The notes under the pieces were generated by a model, which had not been told where the DNA came from, did not search any database, and was given only the letters and a program-made list of their open reading frames with translations. This document shows, piece after piece, positions 24,892 to 37,596 of a stretch of 55,622 nt of DNA (positions within the stretch are counted from its first letter, which is position 1; every line of letters starts with the position of its first letter). The position numbers and the translations under genes were made by a program. This DNA is from Octopus bimaculoides (lineage: Eukaryota): positions 14,784,688 to 14,840,309 of the forward strand of contig NC_068996.1 in the NCBI RefSeq assembly GCF_001194135.2. The letters are read 5' to 3'.

Positions 24892-25225
24892 GCTGATATC
24901 TTGAGTATTGAGGCAATGGTGCACAAGCACCGGTTACGTTGGATTGGACACCTTATTAGAATGAAGGATAGCAGATTTCCTAAGCAGATGCTATATGGCG
25001 AACTTGTGAATGGAAGGAGACTCCGGCAGAAACCAAGGCTGCGATTTAAAGATTGTGTCAAGTCCTCATTAAAGGCCTGTGATATGCAGGACACTGACTG
25101 GGAGAACAATGTCTGTCATCGCCACGGATGGAGGAAGCAGGTTAAGGAGGGGATCGACACTTTTGAGAGAGCACGTATCCAGCATGAAGAACTTAAGCGA
25201 GCTGCGCGAAAGCACACGGCTCGTA
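24892..25225 (+). mobile_element. RTE-clade LINE 3' coding fragment
   Basis: RLRWIGHLIRMKDSRFPKQMLYGELVNGRR...PRLRFKD...W...GIDTFE is the typical RTE (BovB-like) C-terminus; stop-free over ~110 aa. Confidence 0.9.
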
Positions 25226-25743
25226 TAGTNNNNNNNNNNNNNNNNNNNNNNNNNNNNNNNNNNNNNNNNNNNNNNNNNNNNNNNNNNNNNNNNNNNNNNN
25301 NNNNNNNNNNNNNNNNNNNNNNNNNNNNNNNNNNNNNNNNNNNNNNNNNNNNNNNNNNNNNNNNNNNNNNNNNNNNNNNNNNNNNNNNNNNNNNNNNNNN
25401 NNNNNNNNNNNNNNNNNNNNNNNNNNNNNNNNNNNNNNNNNNNNNNNNNNNNNNNNNNNNNNNNNNNNNNNNNNNNNNNNNNNNNNNNNNNNNNNNNNNN
25501 NNNNNNNNNNNNNNNNNNNNNNNNNNNNNNNNNNNNNNNNNNNNNNNNNNNNNNNNNNNNNNNNNNNNNNNNNNNNNNNNNNNNNNNNNNNNNNNNNNNN
25601 NNNNNNNNNNNNNNNNNNNNNNNNNNNNNNNNNNNNNNNNNNNNNNNNNNNNNNNNNNNNNNNNNNNNNNNNNNNNNNNNNNNNNNNNATATATATATAT
25701 ATATACAAAACGTAGTGTAAGCGCTAAGCCGTATGTAAGTATA

Positions 25744-26063
25744 AGCAGAATAAGGTAAGTTGAAATATGTTTGTCACATATTTCAACTGCTAAAGGCAAA
25801 TACACTGGCAGAATTGTATAGAAAGCTTCGCCTTTATAAGTTCGTTCAGAGTTGCCTCTCTTAGGTATATCTCATTGACGAAAGCCAAGTAGCTTGAAAG
25901 ATCGATAGCTGAGATTTCTCTAATAGATGGCGACACTAAACGAACCGGGTGTTTTCATACCTTTTCACCATACGAGAGATTTATTCTCCATGGTAACTGT
26001 AGTGTATTTCCTTTTAGCAGTTGAAATATGTGACAAACATATTTGAACTTACCTAATTCTGCT
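25744..26063. mobile_element. 320-bp element with ~63-bp terminal inverted repeats, each containing its own hairpin
   Basis: Left arm 25744-25806 is approximately the reverse complement of 26001-26063; each arm has agttgaaatatgt-N5-acatatttcaact. A hammerhead-like relic lies at 25869-25915. Confidence 0.8.
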
Positions 26064-26078
26064 CATGTGTGTGTAAAA

Positions 26079-26450
26079 TCTTTTACTTCTTTCATAGACT
26101 TAGGCCACGCTGGGGCACTGCCTTAAAGAAATTTTACTTGAACGAATCGACCTCGGTACCTACTTTTTAAAGCCTGGTCCTTATTCTGACTGTCTATTTT
26201 GCTGAATTGCAACGGTACAGGGACGGAAACACATCAACACCGGTTGTCAAGTGGTGGAGGGACAAGCGCAGACATAAAGACGGACACAGAGGCACGCATA
26301 TATATATGATGGGCTTCTTTTAGTTTCCATCTACTAAATTCACTCACAATTCTTTGATTGACCCGAGGCTGTAGAGAAGAAATTTTCCCAAGATGCCACG
26401 CAGTGTGATTGAAATCGGAACCATGTAGTGAGGAAACAAACCTTCTTGAC
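26079..26450 (-). mobile_element. SINE family A (diverged)
   Basis: Reverse complement aligns with the family A body and tail. Confidence 0.85.
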
Positions 26451-26662
26451 CAATCAGATTTTTGCTACTCTGAGTTTCAAACTTTCTTACTGCGTTCGCA
26501 CGCCAAAATTTATCAGATATTTATGAACAAGGCTCTAAGCTGAAGCTATGTGAAGCTACTCGAGACCGTGGTCAATCCCTAGCTAGAGACAGTTGTTGCT
26601 AGAACGCTATTCCAGCAGGAATTGGCTCCTTGTCAAACCTATGGAAAAAATCAGCAGCGGTT

Positions 26663-26916
26663 ACTCTTTTACTCTTTTACTTGTTTCAGTCATTTGCCTG
26701 TGGCCATGCCGGAGCACCGCCTTTAGTCGAGCAAATCGACCCAAGGACTTATTCTTTGTAAGCCTACTACTTATTTTATCGGTCACTTATACCGAACCGC
26801 TAAGTTACAGGGAAATAAACGCACCAGCATCGGTTGTCAAGCGATGTTGGGGGGGGGGACAAACAAAGACACACAAACATATACATACATATACATTTAT
26901 ATATATATATATATAT
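26663..26916 (-). mobile_element. SINE family A, 3' half (rest in gap)
   Basis: ctcttttacttgtttcagtcattt...cggttgtcaagcgatgttgggggggg...(TA)n, then N-gap. Confidence 0.9.
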
Positions 26917-28368
26917 NNNNNNNNNNNNNNNNNNNNNNNNNNNNNNNNNNNNNNNNNNNNNNNNNNNNNNNNNNNNNNNNNNNNNNNNNNNNNNNNNNNN
27001 NNNNNNNNNNNNNNNNNNNNNNNNNNNNNNNNNNNNNNNNNNNNNNNNNNNNNNNNNNNNNNNNNNNNNNNNNNNNNNNNNNNNNNNNNNNNNNNNNNNN
27101 NNNNNNNNNNNNNNNNNNNNNNNNNNNNNNNNNNNNNNNNNNNNNNNNNNNNNNNNNNNNNNNNNNNNNNNNNNNNNNNNNNNNNNNNNNNNNNNNNNNN
27201 NNNNNNNNNNNNNNNNNNNNNNNNNNNNNNNNNNNNNNNNNNNNNNNNNNNNNNNNNNNNNNNNNNNNNNNNNNNNNNNNNNNNNNNNNNNNNNNNNNNN
27301 NNNNNNNNNNNNNNNNNNNNNNNNNNNNNNNNNNNNNNNNNNNNNNNNNNNNNNNNNNNNNNNNNNNNNNNNNNNNNNNNNNNNNNNNNNNNNNNNNNNN
27401 NNNNNNNNNNNNNNNNNNNNNNNNNNNNNNNNNNNNNNNNNNNNNNNNNNNNNNNNNNNNNNNNNNNNNNNNNNNNNNNNNNNNNNNNNNNNNNNNNNNN
27501 NNNNNNNNNNNNNNNNNNNNNNNNNNNNNNNNNNNNNNNNNNNNNNNNNNNNNNNNNNNNNNNNNNNNNNNNNNNNNNNNNNNNNNNNNNNNNNNNNNNN
27601 NNNNNNNNNNNNNNNNNNNNNNNNNNNNNNNNNNNNNNNNNNNNNNNNNNNNNNNNNNNNNNNNNNNNNNNNNNNNNNNNNNNNNNNNNNNNNNNNNNNN
27701 NNNNNNNNNNNNNNNNNNNNNNNNNNNNNNNNNNNNNNNNNNNNNNNNNNNNNNNNNNNNNNNNNNAGTCGACGGAGTTCATGAAAGAAATTAATAAAGC
27801 AGCTAAAAGGTAGGAGAAATTTGTTTTTGGGGTATAGTGGGGCTACGTTATTTTATTGTTAATTTTTACAAATAAGGTATCTTCACTGGCCTCGAGGCAT
27901 TTTTTTCTCCTTTGGTTGCGTTTGTTTTAGTAAAGATTTATCGATGGGCGTTACCTCGCCGCAAGAATTCTTTCTATCTTTTGATTTTTCTGAAGACTTT
28001 TTGTATTTGGAAGACTTTTGTAAACGGTTATTTGTTGCTTGCTGCAAAGTTCGCGGCGAACATCTGTTTTTATGCCTAAAGTCATTATGGATTACCTGGG
28101 ATTGCCAGGATTTCGAATAGGCCAAAAGACATTTAATTTGAACAACACGGCAAATTTAGCGGTGTTGCAAATTCAATTTTTGAAAAAAGGAAAAATTTGA
28201 AAATTACGACAACTGGATTATACTACGAGCACCACTAATTGTGAACCATTATTGGATTACCTATATTGGAGTACACAGAACTGGTCAGGAGTTCAAATAC
28301 GCCAGAGGACAGGCATTTAACTGTGAACTTTGTTTTAGTTTTGGTTTATTATTTTTTGCAGTTAAAAT

Positions 28369-29584
28369 ATGAACAATAGAAAAAACAATACTGCTTTGGT
28401 GTGGGAAATTAACCCACCCAAAGAATGGGTGACAGATCTGGAAAGGAGGACGGTGGTTCTAAGGACTTATTCAAAGTCCTTGGATACCATTGTCCCCTTT
28501 CCTAGGCTAAAAATAGAAAAGGAGCTGGTGGAGTACATGCCGACGATAAAGCATATCGGCAGGGGTTCCAAATATGCAACTATATGGTTGCTGTTTGGAA
28601 CCCCGGGGATGGCGTGTAAGTTCGCCAGTCAGCGCCTGGAGGGGGAAAAAATCTTGTTCCTCCCTTTTTATTGTGGGAGGAAATGTAAGCGGGCTTTTGT
28701 CTGCGGGTTGCCACCGGGTTTAAAAGAAAGTTGGTTGGCCGAAACCATCCAAAGGGTACTTGGTGGCACCAGAGACACTAAATTGTTAAATGTTAAATTG
28801 TTGCCATCTACTGACTGAGTCGGGGCTAAGGCCATATTAATGTTGTGGACCTAGTTAGACGATGACAATCCGGTCTTTCCAGACTACTTGACCATTGCAG
28901 GAGCTAGGTATCCTGTCATTCTTGAAGGACGACCTTCCAGGTGTCACAGATGCCTGGAGCCTGGTCATGTGAAGAAAGATTGTCGCCAAGACGCGAAAGT
29001 GACCCAGGAGCAGACACCCAATAAAAAAAGTAGTCCTGCTCTGCAGGAAAATAATGAGGAAGCATTAGCCTCAACAGAAAGAGGAAAGAAGAGAAAGGCG
29101 GGCATTAATAGTAGCCCGCCGACACCTCAAACAGAGTTGGAAGAGGGATTGAGTTCCTCGGGTAAACCGACGGACTCTTCTTCTCCCACCGGAAAAAAGA
29201 AAAGAAAAAGAAACAAAAAAGAAAAAGGTGCTAACGGATGTTGAACTACCGCCGCTGGGAATTGTGCCACCGACGGTGGAAAAGTCTATCTCTTTACCGG
29301 AGGAAGAATAATCGTTGGTCTTCTTCTACAGAGGTGGGGAGGTAGAAAAGGAGTTAGAAAAATATCTTAAGGGAGCAACCATGGCTTGCATGCGGGATCC
29401 CGAATGGTCTCCGCAGATAATTGTGGAGGCCTTAATGTGGGATACAGTGCAGAAGCTATATGACTTCAGAGAAATATTTTACGTGGTGCCTGGCGACGTC
29501 GACACGCCACTCGACGTGTGCCTAGAGAGGGCGTGGGCGTTGATGGGAATCGGACACACAAGTGATGAGGAAGGTTATGCATGA
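28369..29584 (+). pseudogene. Degraded L1/Tx1-type ORF1-like (RRM-like + CCHC zinc knuckle) protein, ~400 aa
   Basis: ORFs 28369-28818 and 28888-29244 are in the same frame, separated by TGA 28816 and TAG 28852. They contain AFVCGLPP, LTIAGARYPVILEGRP and CHRCLEPGHVKKDC (CX2CX4HX4C), then a basic low-complexity tail. A +1 frameshift in a poly-A tract continues into 29315-29584. Confidence 0.8.
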
Positions 29585-29836
29585 AAGGCGAATATGTTTC
29601 AGTGATAGATATCATGAACAATATGAACATTTGTAAGAGGCTTGTTGCCTCATATATGAGGACAATGTTTTCGGGGATCAAGCAATCGGCGGGCGTTGCT
29701 GTTTCCCCCCCCCCCCATTTATTCATTATTATCACTTTCATTACACATACCATTATTTCTTTGTCCAGCCCGCAGTTTCTTTCTTTTTTTCCCCTTTTCT
29801 TCTGTGTAAGGCCATCATGGCCAATAAAATGAAATA

Positions 29837-30215
29837 AAGAAGTTTGCTTCCCAACCACATGGTTCCGGGTTCAATGTCACTGCGTTGAACCTTGGGCAAG
29901 TGTCTTTTACTATAGCCTCGGGCTGACTAAAACCTTGTGAGCGGAATTGGGAGACGGAAACTGAAGGAAGCCCGTCATATATATGTATAAATATGTATGC
30001 GTATGTGTGACCATGTGCGTGTCTCCACCATCACCGCTTGACAATTAGTGTTGGTGTGTTTACGTCCCTGTAGGTAGCGGTTCGGCAAAAGAGACAGATA
30101 GAATATGTACCAAGCTTTAAAAATACTGGAGTCGAGACATTCGACTAAATATTCTTCAAGGCGGTGCCTCAGCATGGTCGCAGTCTAATAACCGAAACAA
30201 GTAAAACATAAAAGA
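29837..30215 (+). mobile_element. SINE family A lacking the first ~15 nt
   Basis: aagaagtttgcttcccaaccacatggttccgggttcaa... through aaccgaaacaagtaaaacataaaag. Confidence 0.88.
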
Positions 30216-30511
30216 TTCAAATTTAGAATATTATTTTATTAAACACCTTTAAAGGAAATCAATTAATTCTAAAAGCAGATATTTCAATCAACTCGTCAAT
30301 CAATCAATTACAAAAGATGATTAATAGCGTTAGGCCTGATTGGAACTTTCTCATTTCTACTTCTCTCTCCCCTCCTTCTTCCCTTCACTCCCCTAGTTCT
30401 CTTCCCCTCTTCCCTTTATCTTTCTATATATATAATTACATATATATGTGTATGTATATATGTCTGTTTGTGTGCGTGTGAGAGAAACTGAGAAAGTGTT
30501 TGTGTATGTGA

Positions 30512-30547
<36 letters not shown>

Positions 30548-30625
30548 CTGTGTGTGTGTGTGTGTGAGTGAGTGTAATGCCAATGATTCACTCAAAAGTT
30601 ACTCGGAGATTCATGAGAACTTTAC

Positions 30626-30650
30626 CTTCAGGCTGTCATTTGCGCAGAGT
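30626..30650 (-). CDS. Weak candidate 25-nt microexon
   Basis: ccctttcag|ACTCTGCGCAAATGACAGCCTGAAG|gtaaag; one open frame (LCANDSLK, phase 2 to 0). Could arise by chance. Confidence 0.2.
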
Positions 30651-30874
30651 CTGAAAGGGCACCTCACGTGAAAAACTGAGTGGAGCTTACATAAATGAAT
30701 GCACTTTGCTATATATGTATTATCGTGAAAACGCCATGACATGTTTAGATTTCTAAACACAGAGAGTCACACACAGAGTCATACAGGCGCGCATATATAC
30801 ATATATATATATATATATATAAACACACACATACAAAAATGTTGAGAGAGAGAGAGAGAGAAAGAGAGAGACAA

Positions 30875-30905
<31 letters not shown>

Positions 30906-31394
30906 AAGGTGGGAAGTGGGAGGCTTATTTAGATATAAATAGCTAAAAGCAGATAAAAAATATTATCAGATTTACAAAAAAAAAAAACAAAGCATGTAAA
31001 ATAGTACTAAAATGCAAACTAAAAAAAAAATGCAGAAAACTATAGATAGGTATTGTAAAAAAATGTGTGCGTGTATGTAGGGGTTACTAATTATCTTGCT
31101 TGAGAATAAAGACCAAACTGTAACAGAGCAATATTCTAAGTCTGTTGTATAGGGAATTCTTTATTTCATGGTATTAGTGTTACCAATGTCATTGTTCGCG
31201 AGAAGAGATGAAGATAAAAACACAGCAAAAGGAATAGAAGAAAACAAGAAAGGAAGAAAGTGAGTGAGAGAGAGAGAAAGAAGGGGGGGGATAGAGAAAA
31301 TATTTTCTTGAAAAGAGCGTACGTCTTGGTAGGTAGACATTCTTAGAATTGATTCTGGACAAGTTATTTCCGTCGGGGTTTAACTTATCGCTTC

Positions 31395-31793
31395 TTGTTA
31401 TTGTTGTTGTTGTTATTACCATTGTCACCACCACCACCACCACCACCACCACCNNNNNNNNNNATCGCCATCATCATCATCATCATCATTATCATCATCA
31501 TCATCATCACCACCACCGCCATCATCATCATCATCATCATCATCAACAACAACAACAACAACATCATCATCGTCGTCGTCGTCGTCATCATCATCACCAT
31601 CATCATTATTATTGTTGTCGTTGTTTATGGTGATATTATCATCGCTACTTTTTACTTACATTAATTGTTATTACTACGATTATTTTAATTACTACTACCA
31701 CTACGATGACGACGACGACGGCGACGTTAATGATGATGATGATGTTGAAGAAAACGATGATGATGACAATGGTGACAATGATGATGATAATGA

Positions 31794-31826
<33 letters not shown>

Positions 31827-31890
31827 CATTATAAGTTTGAAATTATTATTACTATTATTATTATTATTATTATTTGTTGTTGTTGTAATA
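31395..31890. repeat. Compound trinucleotide microsatellite (TTG/CAC/CAT/CAA/CGT/GAT/TAT)n
   Basis: Directly visible. Confidence 0.95.
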
Positions 31891-32248
31891 ATAGTAGGCG
31901 TAGTAGTTTTTTTGTTAAATATCTAATACGCTCCTTTCCTTTTTGTTCTTAATTTTTTTTTCATTTTTCTTTATTTGTTCAATTTCTGTTAGTCTTCGTC
32001 TCAATTTCACAAACGATACATGGTAAACGGACAGGAATTAAGGACTAATACGGTGTCAGAGTTCTTTAACTCGCTGCGACATATGGAAGAAATAATTTGC
32101 TCCAGTGATTCTCATGGTTAGTCAGTGCCAAGGGAGTCCAAGGGACAGCATGGAGCCCCAACAGGATGTATGAGAGATGTATCAATTAAGATTTGTCAAC
32201 GCATGTATAATGTATGTCCATATACGTATATACATATATACATATATG

Positions 32249-32283
<35 letters not shown>

Positions 32284-32406
32284 ATATATGTTATACATAT
32301 ATGTATCAACATTCTATTCACATATATATATATATGTATGTATATTCATATTATGTATATGCATATGCATGCATGTAACTATGTATGTATATATATGTAT
32401 ATATAA

Positions 32407-32520
<114 letters not shown>

Positions 32521-32656
32521 CATACATACATATATACATACACATGCATGCATGCATGCATACATACATACTCAAAATACATAATGTACATGTATGCGTC
32601 ATGTACTGAGATATGTATATGTATATGCATTATTTGTGTATGTGTGTATTTGTGTG

Positions 32657-32699
<43 letters not shown>

Positions 32700-33379
32700 A
32701 TATATAATATCTAGAGTGACTTTGTGTGTATGTATGCGTATGAATATGCGTATTATAAAGTACTTTAATAGGAAGAAATGGCAACAAATACAATAAAAAA
32801 TGGATTACGTTTCTTACTGTAATGGCTGTTTGTAACGCACAATGTGAATTGTTACCGAAATATTAGTTGGCAAACAGTTTTGTGTTGGATCAATGACACT
32901 AATGATAATGGTGCTGGTTATAATGCTGATGATTGTGGTAGTGGCCAGAGAAATGAGGTTGTTGATGTTGCTTGATTAACTTACAGTCAAAAGCTTTCCA
33001 GCCTTGAGCATCACTATGGCATTCGGAATTGTAAATAAGGAACTACAATGTGTAATGTACTCTTCAAACGGTACTCAATGATTTGCGGTATGTTTGGCTG
33101 TCATTTCTCGTAGGTTCAAGTTAAAGATTTTATAGGATTCCCCGGGTGACAGGGGGGGGGGTGATACAGACAACGACGGACGCGACAGCGACTACAACGA
33201 CTTTGTTCACTGCAACGTCGATAGCGAAGATGATGACTATGACTACTACAACGACCTCGATGACCACAACGACTTCGACTGTGATGACAACAGAGATAAC
33301 TTTCGTTTTTAGAACCTGCTTTACTTCTTGGCTATGTCATTCATTCTTAGCAGTCTCTTTCTCGACCTCCTTCCTAGTA

Positions 33380-33767
33380 AAGTATTTGTACGCTGTCAAC
33401 TTAATGTGACAGTCCCCTGAAGGGAATAATACTACTGTTGGTTAGACCTAGGAAGCTGCACCGCTTCCTGTCGGCCTTGACACATTTCCTGTGTCCTCAT
33501 GTTTACAAAGGGGAGACAAGCACCTCCACCCAGCTAAGCCAGCATCCAGAGACATGTTTCTGAGACTGATGATGAGCAAAGACTCAGAAACATGTCTCTG
33601 GAAACAGGCTTAGCTGGGTGGAGGTGCTTGTCTCTCCCTTGTAAACATAAGGACACAGGAAATGTGTCAAGGCCGACAGGAAGCGGTGCAGCTTCCTAGG
33701 TCTAACCAACAGTAGTATTATTCCTTTCATGGGACTGTCACATTAAATTGACAGCATACAACTACTT
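33380..33767. repeat. 388-bp near-perfect palindrome (~185-bp arms)
   Basis: aagtatttgtacgctgtcaac...ccagagacatgtttctgag is the reverse complement of ctcagaaacatgtctctgg...ttgacagcatacaactactt, with scattered mismatches and a ~12-nt loop gatgatgagcaa. Confidence 0.95.
33563..33599 (+). ncRNA. Minimal type-I hammerhead ribozyme at palindrome apex (predicted)
   Basis: AGA-CUGAUGA-[UGAG caaaga CUCA]-GAAA-CAUG-UC-UCU: intact core, palindromic ACAUGU stem III, GUC site. Stem I is only 3 bp and pair 10.1-11.1 is U-A. Confidence 0.65.
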
Positions 33768-34589
33768 CATCGTATCACTACTGCATAAATCTCTCTGAGA
33801 GATTTAGAAATGTATTATTTCTCCTTGCTAGCAGTTTTCGTCGGCTGTTTAATGCAAACATCAAAAATTATTTCATATTTTACTTTTCCACTCGCGTCAT
33901 TTTGCTTTCTTCCCTATTCCTTTACAAGAAAAAAGACTAAAATCTATTTACTGTATTTTTGTCACTTCTTAGCGTTAACCATTTTATTCGTTCTGATCTT
34001 TCCCTTGTGTCTACCCATGTCTCTCACATTTAAATGTTTATATTTCTTCATGCCTGTGTGTGTCATCTTGAGATTTGTTGTCTGTCTCACCGGAAAATAT
34101 TTAAGTATATTTCCTCAGTTCACATTTGAGTTTCATACACCCCAAACAGCTCCTTAAAACCCGCGTCAATGGTTGTTGCTGCAACTTGGGAAACAGCATT
34201 ACTGTTTCAAGCACTGAAACTGCAAGAGTTCCCTAGACAACCAGTAACTCACGCCCAGGAGAGGATGATCAAAATGACAGGAGAGTTCCAGCAGATTTAA
34301 AAACAAAATGACTATGAGTTCGCTTCCTATTTTTCTTCTTTCCTTCTTCTTTGTCTTAATATGTTACAAGCAAGTAATACTTGACGCCTTTTCCGTTTGG
34401 AAGGAACGCAAGATATTCCAGTCGAAATTTTAGATGTTTGGATTTTTGTGAATTTTTTTCATTTTCCCTTATTCTTGTCTTATTTTGAACCTGAAAAAGA
34501 CAGATGAGCTGCTGTTAAAATATCGTTCAGTTCAATAAACAAAGTCAATTTGTGGTTTATTACTTATCTCACTTTCTAAGTATACTATC

Positions 34590-34991
34590 TTTACTTTTTT
34601 ATTTGTTTCAGTCATTTGACTGTGGTCATGCTGGAGCACCGCTTTTAGTCGAGCAAATCGACCCCAAGACCTATTCTTTGTAAGCCTAGTACTTATTCTA
34701 TCGGTGTCTTTTGCCTAACTGCTAAGATACGGGGACGTAAACACACCAGCATCGGTTGTCAAGCGATGTTGGGGGGACAAACACAGAGACACAAACATAT
34801 ACGCACACATACATATATATAAATATATACAACGGGCTTCTTTCCGTTTCCGTCTACCATATCCACTCACACGGCTTCGGACGGCCCGAGGCTATAATAG
34901 AAGACACTTGCCCAAGGTGCCACGCAGTGGGACTGAACCCGGAACCATGTGGTTGGTAAGCAAGCTACTTACCACACAGCCACTCCTACGC
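34590..34991 (-). mobile_element. SINE family A, full length
   Basis: Close reverse-complement match to 5865-6280. Confidence 0.92.
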
Positions 34992-35177
34992 GTATGTATC
35001 ATTATTAATGAAAATAATAGCAATATATTCTACAAGAATTAACTTTCCAAATATTCACAATGATAATTCTAGATTTTATGCATTTATTTATTTTTAAAAT
35101 CTATTTTGTATAGAAACTACTGAACTATGGGTTCTTGTGTTCCAATTTAGTACATTTATAACTGGGAATTGACAAAG

Positions 35178-35226
<49 letters not shown>

Positions 35227-35354
35227 CGTACATGCATACGTATGTGTGTATTAATACGATAGTAAGTTTCTATCTACATGTTCTGTAACGCTAAGGAAAG
35301 TGACGTTGGTGTTGACAATGTTGAATAGGAAATGTTATAGAACGGGAGGGAGAG

Positions 35355-35410
<56 letters not shown>

Positions 35411-35789
35411 TGTGCAATGGAGACAGAAATAGTGGAATCATTTAAAAAAAATAGAGTGTAAACACGTGAGGTATAGAATGACAGACGACACTAAGCGACA
35501 GACTAAGAATGAGATATAAGGCAAAGACGTAGAGGGAGAAGGGAAAGGAAGAACACGAAGATGAAATAAAGCTTACGAAGCAAAGCTCTTTCTTATATAC
35601 AATTCTTTCTTACTGTCTCTATCTTTCTCACCCTTCAGCCTCTGCGTTTGTTTGAAATGATTCCAAGTGTATCTTCAACTGAAAATATTATTTCACAAGA
35701 ACAGAAAATATCTTCTTTTCAAATGTTTCGAGGCGTCAAACAGAGGTCACCAATTCACAATTTCCCTGACAATCTTATACAGTTTGACG

Positions 35790-36530
35790 AGAAAAGCCTA
35801 TATAGTGTGTGAAGTCATTTACATATCTAGGTAGTAAAGCGAACTCGAGCGCTTCCCTTAATGAAGAATTTGTCAACCGTCTTGTGAAAGCGACCAACGC
35901 ATTTGGCAAACTCCGTCATCACCTGTTTACTTGACACCACAACACCGGTCTATAAAGCTGCCATTCTTTTTACTCTTTTGTATGATTCGGAATCGTGGAC
36001 ACCTTATAGGTGGCACATTAATCAACTTGACGTCTTCCACAAAGTCTGTCCCAGGACAATCTGCAGTTATTCACTAAAAGACAGTGTCAAATGTCATAAA
36101 AATTGGTGGAATCGAGAGCTTCCTTATGCAGTCGCAATTGCGCTGAGCTGGCCATGCCGTCGGAACGAGTGATGAAAGAATACCTAAAGTCCTCATGTAC
36201 AGCCAGCTTGATGGTAGGTACAGGAGTGTTGGGCGACCATAGCTCAGATATAAGTAGAAGCTGAAAGGTAACCTCTTAACAGTGAAGATAGCTCGCAACA
36301 CCTTTAAGCAAACAGCATTGGTGCGAACAAAACGGAGATGTCAAAATGGTATAAGTGACGCTGTTTCAAACTGCATTAACAGGCTTAGGGACGCAAGGCA
36401 AAGAAGAAAGGCGGTTGCAAACATACCGCTTGGTCTTATCTGTAATCCTCATATTTGCAACATCTGTGGGCTTCTTTGCAAATGGTTGGTGGGACTCAAA
36501 TGTCACATTCGACATAAGCAATATGACTGA
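35790..36530 (+). mobile_element. Degraded RTE-clade LINE 3' region with C-terminal C2H2-like finger
   Basis: FTYLGS, AFGKL, YKAAILFTLLYDSESWTPYRWHINQLDVFH, SWPCRRNE/DERIPKVLMYSQL, CNICGLLCKWLVGLKCHIRH; frameshifted. Confidence 0.85.
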
Positions 36531-37170
36531 CAAAGACAGAGTAGGTTATTGAATCTGCATACGTCGAAACCTATGGGAGAGTCAATCGCACGCACGCAAA
36601 CACACACACATAATACTTATTTAGGAATATACACACATACACATTTATAAATACATCTGCTTATGAATGTATGCATGCATACGTACACTCACATACACAC
36701 GCATAGGCATAGATATATGCAAATATAGATATACATGTAATGGTCAACCGGAAGTCAGGGTGTAACTAAAAACGCTGTTATGTGAAACATGTTTGTAAAT
36801 ATCATAATTGTTGCAATTATGAGTTAATCGTATATGGAGTGTGTCGGTGTGTGTGTTTGTGTGTGTGTGTGTGTGTACTTTATGCATCGAGTCATTTACC
36901 GGTTTTTAAATTGCAGCCATCCGTAGGATCGACTACAGAGTTTAGTGAAGTATATCGACCTCAGGTAAATACTTTCAAATTTCGTACTTATTTTATCGAT
37001 CTTTATTTGTCGAACCAGTTTGTTACAGTACATTAACAATATAATAGGTTTTAAGCGGCATAAACATAAGCACAGACTCACACACACACGCCTACACTCC
37101 CACACACCCACACACTGATTTATATAAACGCATATACATATATACACACACACATATATATATAGTGAGT

Positions 37171-37254
<84 letters not shown>

Positions 37255-37261
37255 CAGAGAG

Positions 37262-37304
<43 letters not shown>

Positions 37305-37563
37305 AATAAAAAGAGAGAAAGAGAAATAAAGAGAGAGAGACAGATGCAAATAAAGAAATAAAATTGCTGGGTTTGATATATACATGTAATCAGATAGAAA
37401 GCGAAAACTGAAAATTTTTCAGAGGATAAATATTCAAGTATAGATATATAAATATCCATAATTGATAGAGCAAACGCACACAGAGTACAAAGACAGAGAA
37501 AAATAAAGGGGACAAAGTATACACACATATATGTATATATATGTATGTATATATGTATGTATG

Positions 37564-37596
<33 letters not shown>

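Noticed and set aside
31993-32116. Plus-strand candidate exon (SSSQFHKRYMVNGQELRTNTVSEFFNSLRHMEEIICSSDSH)
   Set aside because: Good splice-like ends and an open frame, but no recognisable motif, opposite strand to the better-supported chain and no phase partner; within chance expectation.
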